NCBI GenBank assembly: GCA_963781585.1
Contig: CAWAGQ010000003.1
Coordinates: 64,001-128,000 of the forward strand
Length of the DNA stretch: 64,000 nucleotides
DNA from: an uncultured Gemmatimonadaceae bacterium
GTDB taxonomy: Bacteria; Gemmatimonadota; Gemmatimonadetes; Gemmatimonadales; Gemmatimonadaceae
Direction: 5' to 3'
Part shown: one piece after another, positions 1-12,551 of the stretch
How positions within the stretch are numbered: position 1 is the stretch's first letter
Layout: each line of letters starts with the position of its first letter
Translations under genes and position numbers: made by a program
The notes under the pieces: generated by a model
What the model was told of the DNA's origin: nothing
Databases searched by the model: none
The model's input: only the letters and a program-made list of their open reading frames with translations

Positions 1-1486
1 GTACCTGCGACCGGAACTGCTGCGCACCGAACAACACGAGTCCCAGGTACCGTCCGCGTTCCGCGATATCGAGCAACATGTGACGCACGTAGGTCTCGGG
101 ACCGTCGGCCGGCGCGTACTTGTTGAGTTCATCCACGAAGACGACGACATGGTTCACGCCGAGGGTCCGGCGTTCGAGGTGTTCCCGGAGCATCGAAATG
201 ACGCGCGCGAAGATCAGGTCCTGCGCGTCCTCCTCGAGGCCGGCAACGTCGATCACGTACACCGCCCGGTCCTCGAAGGTGCCCCATGGGAGGTCGCTCA
301 CCGCACCGTCGTCGGTCACCAGGCCGCGACAGCGGGTGGAGATGTTGGTAAGGCGGTTGCGCACCTTCCGGATGGTCGCGACATGATGGGTTCGCCACGC
401 CTCGGCCCCCTTCTCTTCCATGCGCAGGAGCAGTTCGCGGAACCACTGATCGAGATCGCCGAACGACTGCACCCGGTAAAGGCGGTCGCCGAGCAGCGTG
501 TGGTCGGTGAACTCCTTGCCGACCACGCGGTCGTTGATGAAGTCGATCAGGGCGTCGGCCTTGGCATCGATGTCGTCACGGTTGAGCAGCACGGCCGCGT
601 ACTTGAGGACTTCGGTGAGGCCCCAGGTCAGGGCCGACACGTTGTGCATCAGGTCGGGGTGAGAGCGAAGCGTGTTGAGGGAATGGCGGCGCGCGGTGTA
701 GGGGGCGAAGTACCGCACCCGCTCGAACGGTCGCGGCGAGACGCCTAACGCGTCGTACATCTCCCGGTCGGCGTCCTCGATCAGCGCCGGCTGGTCGAGA
801 AAGCAGAGGTCCGGGCCCTTCACATTGAAGCAGAGCGCCGCCACCGACCCTTTCGAAGCCGGGAAGTGATCGAACAACGAGGCAAGGAGGAACTCGATCG
901 CGCTCGTCTTGGTGGCCAGTCCCGAGACGCCCGTGATGTTGAGATGCGCCGCCTCAGGGCCGACCAGAAAGTCCGCATCGAGATAGATCGGCGCCTGGGT
1001 CCGCCCGGCGCGATACAGGCCCACGGGGATTCCGGTCCGCGACTCGGGACGGAGGTACGAGTCCATGCGGAGCGCCAGGGCGACATCAGCGGCGTCGGCG
1101 AGAAACACGGCCCCCATCCCCACCGGTTGCAAGGGCTCCTCGGGCTGCTGCCGCAGTACGGCCGCCGTGTACAGCCGGATCTCCGCACGCTCCGTGGGAG
1201 CGGTGGCGCCCGCTCCGGGCGCCCCGTCCAGCCCGATCACGTCGTGCAACGGTGACTCGAGGTCGGTGTAGCTCAAACCCTCCGTCACCACGCCGTAAAC
1301 GCGCGGAATCTGACCGTCGATCGGCGTCGCGCCCTCAACCCGCACGATGGTGCCGATCCCCACCGGAGAATCCAGCGCCGTCCAGAAATGAAAGGCGTGG
1401 GGCGTGTTGGGCTTTCGCTCCGTCGCAACCACGCGACCGAGCGGCGAAGGCGCGCCGTTGGAGGCGGATGGCTGGTGCTGATTCAT
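1..1486 (-). CDS. herA: HerA/FtsK-family ATPase (Deinococcus-type HerA); 3' end runs off the window
   Basis: Not in the ORF track because there is no stop in the window. Manual translation from ATG at 1486 (GAGGA RBS): MNQHQPS..LGRVVATERKPNTPHAFHFW (HAS-barrel-like start), HLNITGVSGLATKTS (variant Walker A), VVVFVDELNKYAP (Walker B), ERGRYLG (Arg-finger region), FGAQQ. Lies downstream of a NurA-like gene. Confidence 0.88.
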   Translation of the reverse strand, partial: MNQHQPSASNGAPSPLGRVVATERKPNTPHAFHFWTALDSPVGIGTIVRVEGATPIDGQIPRVYGVVTEGLSYTDLESPLHDVIGLDGAPGAGATAPTERAEIRLYTAAVLRQQPEEPLQPVGMGAVFLADAADVALALRMDSYLRPESRTGIPVGLYRAGRTQAPIYLDADFLVGPEAAHLNITGVSGLATKTSAIEFLLASLFDHFPASKGSVAALCFNVKGPDLCFLDQPALIEDADREMYDALGVSPRPFERVRYFAPYTARRHSLNTLRSHPDLMHNVSALTWGLTEVLKYAAVLLNRDDIDAKADALIDFINDRVVGKEFTDHTLLGDRLYRVQSFGDLDQWFRELLLRMEEKGAEAWRTHHVATIRKVRNRLTNISTRCRGLVTDDGAVSDLPWGTFEDRAVYVIDVAGLEEDAQDLIFARVISMLREHLERRTLGVNHVVVFVDELNKYAPADGPETYVRHMLLDIAERGRYLGLVLFGAQQFRSQV

Positions 1487-1632
1487 GGAGTCCTCGGAAC
1501 ACAAGTCAGGATCGACGCCGCTCGCAGACCAGCGCCGTCGTCACACGCGGCCGCCGCCCGCCCGCATCTTGACAGTTCTGCATGCGCCGGCCGATGCGGC
1601 GGGCAGGCCCACCGGCGTCGGGCGCATACCGG

Positions 1633-2652
1633 TTACCCGCGCACGCGCACGGCCCGAAGGTACGCCTCGCAGTCGCGGATTCCGTACGCCATCCGGTCCC
1701 ATCTCCGGTCGGGAAGCGAAACCGGACTGCGTTCGGAAAGTATCCAGCGCGAGATGGTGTCGGCACGGCTCGCGAGTGCCGGCTGCCCCGCTGTGTCCTC
1801 GGCGAATGCGACCTCCACGCGCACCAGGCCCCACATCGGGTCGTGTCCTTGCGCATCCCGCAAGCGCAGATACCAGCTCGCGACATCGGGCCGCCGACTC
1901 CGATGTACCCGAAAGACGCTGGAGCGCGTCTCGAAAGGGAGAGTCATGACGGTACGCAGGTCGTCGTTGACCGCGTACAGAGTGTGATGACTCTTGACGA
2001 CGCCGACGCACCACGGCGACGACGACGCGCGAACTCCGCGAGGTAGGCCCCCGTCCACGTACAGCGGCACTTCTGCCGATTCGCACCACAGTTCCGCCAG
2101 GTCGCGTTCCACTCCCTCGCGATCGTCCTTCACCCGTTGCAGCGCGCGTCGGAGCATCTCGCCGGGATGCAGCGGCGCGTCGGTCGGCGCACCGGCCTCG
2201 AGCGTGTCTACCATCGAGAGTCCCGCTCGCTGGAGTCTGCTCCACGCGGCCTCAGGCAGCAACGCGCGGGGTGCGTAGAGCCGGAGCCTGGCACGCGCCC
2301 CCGGACCCCAGGTGATCATGCGCCGGTCCACCCGCGAACGAATTACCGCAGCGACCCGGGCGCCGACCACCGGCACGCCATTCACATAGCCGGCTACCCG
2401 GCTCTCCTGCACGCCGTCGAGAAAGGCGACGAACGCGGTCTCCGCCACGCTCGACAGCCTGTGTGACCGGACGCGGGTTTCGCTCCCCTCGATCACCTCA
2501 CACACCTCGAGACGCGGCGGATCGGCGGGCAGGGCACCCATGTCGAGCAGCAGATCGTCGCCGAATCCGGTGGTGGCCTCCGGCAAGGTCGCGCCGAACG
2601 CGCGCCGCAGCTCGCGAAATGATCGAACGTCCAACGCCGGAACGCTGCTCAG
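1633..2652 (-). CDS. nurA: NurA-like nuclease (RNase H fold)
   Basis: Motifs FLDG, LYVDG, GVVKSH, SWYLRLR, WGLVRVE; adjacent to HerA. The track start at 2817 overlaps the Lrp gene; likelier start is CTG 2652 (CTGA overlap with the Lrp stop) or TTG 2634. Confidence 0.78.
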   Translation of the reverse strand: MSSVPALDVRSFRELRRAFGATLPEATTGFGDDLLLDMGALPADPPRLEVCEVIEGSETRVRSHRLSSVAETAFVAFLDGVQESRVAGYVNGVPVVGARVAAVIRSRVDRRMITWGPGARARLRLYAPRALLPEAAWSRLQRAGLSMVDTLEAGAPTDAPLHPGEMLRRALQRVKDDREGVERDLAELWCESAEVPLYVDGGLPRGVRASSSPWCVGVVKSHHTLYAVNDDLRTVMTLPFETRSSVFRVHRSRRPDVASWYLRLRDAQGHDPMWGLVRVEVAFAEDTAGQPALASRADTISRWILSERSPVSLPDRRWDRMAYGIRDCEAYLRAVRVRG

Positions 2653-2927
2653 GTGACGCCGATGTCCCACGCCTGTTCGAGGTCCTTCTTCGAGTACGCG
2701 CGAAACGCGGTCAACGTCTGGGTGCGCTCGATCCCCTTCACCGCGGGAAACTTCACCGTCACCACGTCGGCGATCTGATCGTAGTCCGCCACCTTCACGA
2801 TGACCACCAGATCCCACTCGCCCGACACCGAATACACGTCCTGCACACCGTCGATGCCGGCGATTTCACGGGCCGTGTCGGGAATGTGCTTCGGATCGGC
2901 ACGAACCAGCACAATGGTCGTTATCAC
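2649..2927 (-). CDS. Stand-alone Lrp/AsnC ligand-binding (RAM) domain protein, no HTH
   Basis: 92 aa: ITTIVLVRA..IAGIDGVQDVYSVSGEWDLVVIVKV..GIERTQT. GTG start overlaps the upstream TGA (GTGA). Confidence 0.88.
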   Translation of the reverse strand: MITTIVLVRADPKHIPDTAREIAGIDGVQDVYSVSGEWDLVVIVKVADYDQIADVVTVKFPAVKGIERTQTLTAFRAYSKKDLEQAWDIGVT

Positions 2928-3430
2928 TGCTCCTCGGGAAATGGGGGAACCTCCAGCAGCCACACGCCCGCCAGTCCGTCGCGGCCATCGATGTCGAGCA
3001 GCAGGTCACGCGCGATGCGCACCGTGCGCGTGCTGCGCGAGGGTCCCAACCTGAAGTGAATGATTCGTTCGGCATGGTCGGACTCGGCCGCCAGCGCCGT
3101 GTTGATCTCGAGCGCCGATACCGCGCCGTTATCACCAGACCGGCCGATGGTCACGTGCGCGTCCTCGACCTCCCCGGGCGGCGCCAGGCCCTCCCGTTTC
3201 CGCACCGCGGGCCACACCGCCACCTCGAAGCCTCGAATGCGGCCCCCGGAAACGTCGAACAGGAGCCACGATCCGTCCTGACCCTCGACGTCGACACTGC
3301 CGGACGGCCCGTCCAGCCCGGCCGGCTGCGGGAGATTGGCGGTGAGGATGTCCGTATCAGGGTCCCATCGATACTCGACCGGGCCCGGCGACTGCACCGC
3401 TGGTTGAACTCGAACGGGAATGCTCAGCAC
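2924..3430 (-). CDS. Hypothetical protein with two tandem DUF2283-like repeats
   Basis: GGAG RBS then GTG at 3430. Repeat 1: YRWDPDTDILTANL..WLLFDVSGGRIRGFEV. Repeat 2: ESDHAERIIHFRLGPSRSTRTVRIARDLLLDIDGRDGLAGVWLL. Both resemble the DUF2283 pattern YD..AD.LYI.L...V.LD.D..G.L.GIE. Confidence 0.6.
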   Translation of the reverse strand: MLSIPVRVQPAVQSPGPVEYRWDPDTDILTANLPQPAGLDGPSGSVDVEGQDGSWLLFDVSGGRIRGFEVAVWPAVRKREGLAPPGEVEDAHVTIGRSGDNGAVSALEINTALAAESDHAERIIHFRLGPSRSTRTVRIARDLLLDIDGRDGLAGVWLLEVPPFPEEQ

Positions 3431-3613
3431 ATTCGCTCCACTCTGGCGCGATAATCTCCGTCGCGAACCCCGCGTCTCCATCATCGCGCGAATGCGCAGC
3501 GAAGCGCGACACCGCACGTCGGCGCATCGGTGCGCCAAAGATACGTTGACGCTCGCCGGCGTCACCAGACTTCCGGCGCCGATGACGCGATGTTCCAGCG
3601 GACGCCGGCCGCG

Positions 3614-4831
3614 TTACGGAGTCGTTAACGCACTGTCGCGCAGTGCGTTCCAGAGCCGAACCACCCGGCGCACTCCCTCCACCACCTCCGACTCGGCCGC
3701 GGCGTACGACACCCGGATCCAGTCCGGCGCGTGGAACGCGGAACCGGGCACCACCGCCACCCCCTCGTCGTCGAGGAGCCGTGAGGCAAATGCGGAACCC
3801 GCGTTGCCCCCGAGCGCCGTCTCGCCGACGAGCAGGAACAGATAGAACGCCCCCTCGGGCCTAACGAACTGGAGCTCGGCAGCCTCGCCCAGGATCCCGA
3901 GAGCGGCGTCCCGGCGCCGCCGATATTCCGCGACCATGCGCCCGATGGCGCGCTGCGCCTGGTCCCGCTCGGTGAGCCCCGCGAGCGCCGCGTGCTGCGC
4001 CACTGTCGTGGCGTTCGACGTGGTGTGTGACTGCAGGGCCGTCATGGTCGCGGCAACCCGCGACGGCGCGATGCCCCACCCGACTCGCCACCCGGTCATC
4101 GCATACGCCTTGGCCATGCCATCTACTACAACAAGGTTGTCTCGCGCCTCGGCGACCGACAGGACACTCGCCGCCGCTCCGTCGTAGGCGATCTGTCGAT
4201 AGATCTCGTCGCTGATGACCCACAGCCCGCGTTCGGCAGCGAACCGCACGATGGCGCCCAGCTCATCCCGCGAATAGACGGCGCCGGTGGGATTGCTCGG
4301 CGAGTTCAGCACGACGCCGCGGGAGTGCGGCGTGCACGCCCGGCGGAGGTCGTCCGCGCTCACCTTCAGGCTGTGGTCCGGATCGCCGAACACTCGCACC
4401 GGCACTGCCCGCGCGAGCTCGATCATCTCGTAATAACTCGTCCACGCCGGCGTGGGCACCAGCACTTCGTCGCCCGGTCCGAAGAGCACGAAACAGGCGT
4501 TGAAGAGAGCCTGCTTCGACCCGGTGCTGACAACGACGTCGCGGGGGTCGATCGATCCGCCCGTCAGAGTCAGCTCGGCGGCGCGGGCCGCAATGGCCTG
4601 TCGCAGGGGGAGGATCCCCTCGACCGCGGTGTACTTCGTGGCACCCTCGTCGAGGGCACGCTGCGCAGCCCGACGGATGAAACCCGGCGTCTCGAAATCC
4701 GGCTCGCCGGCGCCAAGATCGATCACCCGATGCCCAGCCGCTTTCAGCGCACTCGCCTTCTGCGACACGGCGATGGTCGCCGATTCACGCAGTCGCGCTA
4801 CGTTGCCCGATGGATCGTAGGTCCTTTCCAT
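3614..4831 (-). CDS. PLP-dependent class I/II (aspartate-type) aminotransferase
   Basis: GEPDF, SPSNPTG, SDEIY, AKAYAMTGWRVG (PLP lysine), GAFY. Confidence 0.93.
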   Translation of the reverse strand: MERTYDPSGNVARLRESATIAVSQKASALKAAGHRVIDLGAGEPDFETPGFIRRAAQRALDEGATKYTAVEGILPLRQAIAARAAELTLTGGSIDPRDVVVSTGSKQALFNACFVLFGPGDEVLVPTPAWTSYYEMIELARAVPVRVFGDPDHSLKVSADDLRRACTPHSRGVVLNSPSNPTGAVYSRDELGAIVRFAAERGLWVISDEIYRQIAYDGAAASVLSVAEARDNLVVVDGMAKAYAMTGWRVGWGIAPSRVAATMTALQSHTTSNATTVAQHAALAGLTERDQAQRAIGRMVAEYRRRRDAALGILGEAAELQFVRPEGAFYLFLLVGETALGGNAGSAFASRLLDDEGVAVVPGSAFHAPDWIRVSYAAAESEVVEGVRRVVRLWNALRDSALTTP

Positions 4832-4955
4832 GGTTCGCTATGAAAATCAAGGGGCTCGCCCACGTAGAGACGCGACGCAGTCCCGGCTATACTTGAGTCC
4901 CGCATCAAAGTAACGCCGCGGGCGGTAGAGGGCTTTGACAATCGACGAGGGAACC

Positions 4956-6662
4956 GTGGAGCAGGGCATCCGGGAAGAGCCGGCTGCAACGCGCAGCCAG
5001 CACGTTGTGCATGTGATCCGCCGCGAGAGCGCCGAGGCAGCGCGCATCGTTGCGGCAGCCGTCGAACGAAACCCCGCCGAGGGAGGCCGCCCGGGCGTGG
5101 TGGTGGTGGTGCCCGCGGTGAGCGATGCGATCGCACTCGCAGAAGAGCTCAATCCGCAGCTGTCTGCATCCGGCCCGTCCCTCCTGCCGGTCACGTCGTT
5201 GCCTCGGGCGAGGCGCCGACTGGCAGGTCGGGACCTGTCGGTTGCCGGCACAGCGTCGGATCTGCTGCGCCTCCTGGGCACATCGGCGCTCAAGCTGGAC
5301 GCGGCGCACACGGCCGTGTTGCTGTGGGCGAATGAGCAGATGGAGCCGCAGGCGCGCGAGGTTCTCGACACCATCTTTGCGGAGCTGCCCAAAGAGGGAG
5401 AGCGAATTGCCATCGCCGCGGACACGAGCGACGCGCTGAACGAGTTTCTCGAACGCTGGATGCGTCGTGCCAGACGCGTCGTACACGACCAACCGGTCGC
5501 CGCCGCGGACGTTGCGCTTCAGTACCTCGTGAGCGCCCCCGCGAGCCGACTCGACGCATTGCGCCTGCTGCTCGATGCCATCGACCCACCGACTGCTCGG
5601 GTCGTGGCGTTTGGCGACGAAGGGGGGCGGCTGGCCGCACGCGCCGTGTCCGCGCTGGGTTATGTGGCGGGAGACGACGTTCGCGTGACAGCAGGACCGC
5701 CATCCGAGGACACCGACCTCCTTGTGCTTTTCGACGATCCCCCGGACGCGGAGGTCCTGCGACAGGCCGTGTCCCGGGCGCGCGTTGCCGTGGCGTTGGT
5801 GCCACCGTCTCACGTCTCGCGCCTGTGCGCCCTTGCTGGACCAGGGTGCACACCGCTCACGCTCAGCGACGCGTTCCAGGCGGCTCGTTCGGCGGACGAC
5901 GCGCTCCGCGACGAGCTGCGCGGCGTGATGCGCGGCGGAGCGATCGACGCGCAGATCCGTCAGATCGAGCCGCTGTGCGACGAGCAGGACCCTGTTCGCA
6001 TCGCCGCTGCCGCCGTCCTTCTCCTGCAGAAGGAGCGACAGCGGGCCCGTCGTTCCGCGGAGCGAGCGGCGCCGCGACAGACGGTTGCCGCGGCCAATCC
6101 GGCTCCCGCGGAGTCGTTCGCGCGGTTGTACCTCAACGTGGGAGAGCGGGACGGTGTCCGTCGCGGCGATCTGGTGGGCGCCATCACGGGCGAGACAGGT
6201 CTGGTTGGCACCCAGATCGGGCGAATCGAGTTGCGCGACACGCACGCGATCGTGGAGATCGCCAGCGACGTCGCGGCCCGCGTGATCGAGCAGCTCAATG
6301 GAGCGAACATCCGCGGCCGGCGCGTAGTGGCGCGCGAAGATCGCGAACGGGGTCAGAAGGGCCCGCCGGCTCGCGGTCGGGAGGAGCGCGGCGCTCCGCG
6401 CGGCCGGGAGGAGCGCGGCGCCCAGCGCGGCCGGGAGGAGCGCGGCGGTCCTAGGGGTCGGGAGGAGCGAGGCACCCAGCGCGCCCACGGCGCAGGCGAC
6501 AAGCGGGTGGGGCGATCCACGAGCGCTGGACGCGGTCGCAAAGTCGATGACATCGAGCGCGTTCCACGAGCGACGCATGAAGCCGAGGAGTGGTCAGCAC
6601 GTGGTGAGCGGCTCCGCCTGTCGCGGGGTGGACCCGAAGAAAGCGATCGGGAGGGTGCATGA
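4956..6662 (+). CDS. Degenerate DEAD-box (DeaD/CsdA-like) protein with DbpA RNA-binding domain; catalytic motifs absent
   Basis: C-terminal [38 protein letters not shown] matches the DbpA RBD. Remnants of motifs Ia/Ib/II ([29 protein letters not shown]); no GKT, DEAD or HRIGR. Start at GTG 4956 or TTG 4935. Confidence 0.75.
   Translation: MEQGIREEPAATRSQHVVHVIRRESAEAARIVAAAVERNPAEGGRPGVVVVVPAVSDAIALAEELNPQLSASGPSLLPVTSLPRARRRLAGRDLSVAGTASDLLRLLGTSALKLDAAHTAVLLWANEQMEPQAREVLDTIFAELPKEGERIAIAADTSDALNEFLERWMRRARRVVHDQPVAAADVALQYLVSAPASRLDALRLLLDAIDPPTARVVAFGDEGGRLAARAVSALGYVAGDDVRVTAGPPSEDTDLLVLFDDPPDAEVLRQAVSRARVAVALVPPSHVSRLCALAGPGCTPLTLSDAFQAARSADDALRDELRGVMRGGAIDAQIRQIEPLCDEQDPVRIAAAAVLLLQKERQRARRSAERAAPRQTVAAANPAPAESFARLYLNVGERDGVRRGDLVGAITGETGLVGTQIGRIELRDTHAIVEIASDVAARVIEQLNGANIRGRRVVAREDRERGQKGPPARGREERGAPRGREERGAQRGREERGGPRGREERGTQRAHGAGDKRVGRSTSAGRGRKVDDIERVPRATHEAEEWSARGERLRLSRGGPEESDREGA
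6372..6479 (+). repeat. 4 x 27-bp coding tandem repeat (RGREERGxx)
   Basis: Imperfect CGCGGYCGGGAGGAGCGCGGCGCNCMG-like units in the tail of the DeaD-like gene. Confidence 0.9.
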
Positions 6663-7270
6663 GCGGCCTGCAGTTCACGGGTGGCTGGATCGAAGTCATC
6701 GCGGGGGTGATGTTCAGCGGCAAGACCGAGGAATTGATGCGCCGCGTGCGGCGCGCGATGATCGCCCGGAAGCGCGTGCAGGTCTTCAAGTCCCACCTCG
6801 ATAGCCGATACGCAGGCGTCTTCTCTGTTTCCAGCCACGACGGCCGGTCGGTGGAGGCGATTCCGGTGGACTCCTCCGTACAGATCGCCCAGCGGATCGA
6901 TCCGATCGCGCAGGTCATCGCGATCGACGAGGCGCAGTTTCTGGATCACGGCATCCTCGAGGTCTCGGCGTCGTTGGCCCAGCGTGGTCGCCGTGTGATC
7001 ATCGCCGGGCTGGATACCGATTTCCGCGGTCTGCCGTTCGGGCCCATGGCCGAGCTCATGGCGGTGGCGGAGGTGGTCGACAAGCTGCACGCCATCTGTG
7101 TGCTGTGCGGCGCTCCGGCGACGCGCACGCAGCGGCTGATCGAGGGCAAGCCGGCCGCGTGGGACTCCGCGACCATCATGGTGGGCGGCCGCGAAGCGTA
7201 CGAGGCTCGGTGCCGGTCGTGTCATGTCGTGCGCCCGCACGACGAGGCGCAGCGCGCACTCTCCATCTAG
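6659..7270 (+). CDS. tdk: Thymidine kinase
   Basis: [23 protein letters not shown], Zn ligands CVLC/CRSC; ATGA overlap with the upstream gene. Confidence 0.96.
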   Translation: MSGLQFTGGWIEVIAGVMFSGKTEELMRRVRRAMIARKRVQVFKSHLDSRYAGVFSVSSHDGRSVEAIPVDSSVQIAQRIDPIAQVIAIDEAQFLDHGILEVSASLAQRGRRVIIAGLDTDFRGLPFGPMAELMAVAEVVDKLHAICVLCGAPATRTQRLIEGKPAAWDSATIMVGGREAYEARCRSCHVVRPHDEAQRALSI

Positions 7271-7289
7271 CGCGCGCCGGCCAGACCCG

Positions 7290-7949
7290 CTAGCCGCCGC
7301 CCGTGGGTCCGTGCGCCAGCCTCAGGAACTCGTCCCGGGTCTTGGCGTCGGTGCGGAATGTTCCCAGCAGGGCCGAAGTGATCGTCCTCGAATTCTGCTT
7401 TTCCACACCCCGCATCATCATGCACAGGTGGGACGCCTCGATCACCACGCCCACCCCGAGCGGGTTCAGGACGTCGCGCACGGCTTCCGCGATCTGGCCG
7501 GTAAGGCGCTCCTGCACCTGCAGGCGTCGGGCGAACATGTCGACCAGTCGCGGCAGTTTGGACAGGCCCACGATCCGACCATTCGGAATATAGGCGATGT
7601 GTGCCTTGCCGAAGAACGGAAGGAGATGATGCTCGCATAACGAGTAGAGCTCGATGTCGCGCACCATGATCATGTTGTCGTGCTCGTCATCGAATACGCC
7701 CAGGCCGACGGCATCGCGCAGATCGACCTCGTAGCCGCGCGTGAGCGATTCCATTGTCCGGGCGACGCGCTCCGGGGTGCGCGACAACCCTTCGCGGTTC
7801 GGATCCTCCCCGAGCAACTCGATTTGGCGCTTCACGAGCGTGGCGTACTCATCCAGACGCATTGACTCCGCGTCGAACCCGGCGCGCTGCTGCCGCTCGC
7901 CCTGATACAATCGCAGGGGCGTGTCCGTCTCGTCCTCGTCGTGCTTCAT
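7290..7949 (-). CDS. folE: GTP cyclohydrolase I
   Basis: [43 protein letters not shown]; start at ATG 7949 with GGGAGA RBS. Confidence 0.96.
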   Translation of the reverse strand: MKHDEDETDTPLRLYQGERQQRAGFDAESMRLDEYATLVKRQIELLGEDPNREGLSRTPERVARTMESLTRGYEVDLRDAVGLGVFDDEHDNMIMVRDIELYSLCEHHLLPFFGKAHIAYIPNGRIVGLSKLPRLVDMFARRLQVQERLTGQIAEAVRDVLNPLGVGVVIEASHLCMMMRGVEKQNSRTITSALLGTFRTDAKTRDEFLRLAHGPTGGG

Positions 7950-8152
7950 GGCTCTCTCCCGTGCCCGGAGCGGACGCGCCACCATGGACGCGGAGCCCGC
8001 AGATTCGACCGCGCGGCGCGCGGACGCCATGAAATTAGCGCCGCGCCCGGGTGGAGCGCCGCCGGTAAGGCGTTGATCACTGGTTGCCCATGGGGCCGGC
8101 GGCTCCTAATCTCCGAATTCCGAACCTTGGCACTCTTCACACGGGGCGCCCC

Positions 8153-8758
8153 GTGCTCCTGGTCGGTCTCACCGGAAACATCGCCAGCGGGAAGTCGGTG
8201 GTCACCCGCCTGCTGGCACGTCACGGCGCCACGATCGTCGACGCCGACGTGCTCGCGCGGAAGGTCGTCGAACCGGGGACGCCGGGGCACGCCGAGATCG
8301 TGGCCCGCTGGGGCAGCGAGGTTCTGCTCCCGGACGAGTCGGTGAACCGCGAGGCCCTGCGCCACATCGTCTTCGCTGACCCCGCGGAGCGTGAGGCCCT
8401 CAATGCCATCGTGCATCCACGGGTGCAGACGCTGCGCGACGAACTGCTGGAGGAGGCGCGCCTGCGCGGCGATCGCATCGTCGTCTGCGACATCCCGCTG
8501 CTCTTCGAACGCGCGCTGGAGGCGGAGTTCGATTGCGTGATTCTCGTCGACTCGCCGATGGCGATGCGCCTCGACCGCCTGATGCGTCTCCGGGGCCTCG
8601 ACGAAGGGGAGGCGCGGCGGATGATCGCGTCTCAACTCCCCGCCGAGACAAAGCGTGCCCGTGCGCGACACGTCATCGAGAACGATGGTGCGATCGCCGA
8701 ACTGGAGGGGCGCGTCGCACAGATCTGGCGCCTCCTCGAGATCGAAGCGGCGCGATAG
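8153..8758 (+). CDS. coaE: Dephospho-CoA kinase
   Basis: VGLTGNIASGKS, DAD, HP.V, DIPLLFE; likely GTG start at 8153. Confidence 0.94.
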   Translation: MLLVGLTGNIASGKSVVTRLLARHGATIVDADVLARKVVEPGTPGHAEIVARWGSEVLLPDESVNREALRHIVFADPAEREALNAIVHPRVQTLRDELLEEARLRGDRIVVCDIPLLFERALEAEFDCVILVDSPMAMRLDRLMRLRGLDEGEARRMIASQLPAETKRARARHVIENDGAIAELEGRVAQIWRLLEIEAAR

Positions 8759-8853
8759 CCCGTGGGCGTCCGTGCGACCACGGGCGATTTTCTTGACAAT
8801 GCGTCGGGACGGCCGGTAGACTTCGCGCCGACTTTCCACTTGCGGACAACTCC

Positions 8854-9243
8854 GTGGCGAACATCCCGGGCGACCTTCTCTACACGGCCGATCACGAATA
8901 CGTGAAGGCGAGCGGCGACGCAGGCGTCTATGTCGTCGGCATTACCGACTACGCGCAGGATCAACTGGGCGACGTGGTCTTCGTCGAACTGCCCAAGGTG
9001 GGAACGAAGTTCGGCCACCACGACGTGTTCGGGACCATCGAAGCCGTGAAGGCCGTCTCCGAGCTGTACTCTCCGCTCTCCGGCGAAGTGGTGGAAATCA
9101 ACGGACGGCTCGACGCCGAGCCCGCGCTCGTCAATTCGGACCCCTACGGCGAAGGCTGGATGATCCGGATCCGCGCGACGAACGAGCACGAGCGCGATGG
9201 GTTGCTGAACGCCGAGGCGTACACCAGGCACGTCGGCGAGTAG
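8854..9243 (+). CDS. gcvH: Glycine cleavage system H protein
   Basis: GITDYAQDQLGDVVFVELP, lipoyl motif EAVKA, VNSDPYGEGW. Confidence 0.97.
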   Translation: MANIPGDLLYTADHEYVKASGDAGVYVVGITDYAQDQLGDVVFVELPKVGTKFGHHDVFGTIEAVKAVSELYSPLSGEVVEINGRLDAEPALVNSDPYGEGWMIRIRATNEHERDGLLNAEAYTRHVGE

Positions 9244-9319
9244 CGCCGCCCGGGGCGACGACGGTTTGCGCTCCGGCTGCCGTAGTCAGACCGGTCGGAT
9301 GGCGCGCACCACCGGACAG

Positions 9320-12211
<2,892 letters not shown>

Positions 12212-12551
12212 CTCTACCTCAATCGAGCCGCGAGGGCGCGGCCTCGTGGCGGAAGCAGTCTGCTGAATCGGTGGGCGCCTCGGGCACTGGAGCGCGGCGG
12301 ACGCTGCGCACCGGATGTGTGCGCGGAGCCGGCGGTGTACCGGATCCGGCCAGGCGCGTGCGAAATTTAGCGTCCCGCCTCATATGCAGCGAATGGCGAC
12401 AGGGTAGTATCGCCCCGACAGAAGCGGAATCGCCGACGCCGCGCGCTCCCCAGGTGCTTCTGGCCTGTGATCGTTTCGCCTTTCGTGCACGACCCATCAA
12501 CTTGTACCATCTTGCCGTTGGCCTTTGGCCTGCGGCCTCTTCCGCCAGACC

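Noticed and set aside
12212..12510. Glycine riboswitch upstream of gcvP
   Set aside because: No GGAGA / CCGAAG / CTCTCAGG aptamer core found on the minus strand by eye; an Rfam scan would settle it.
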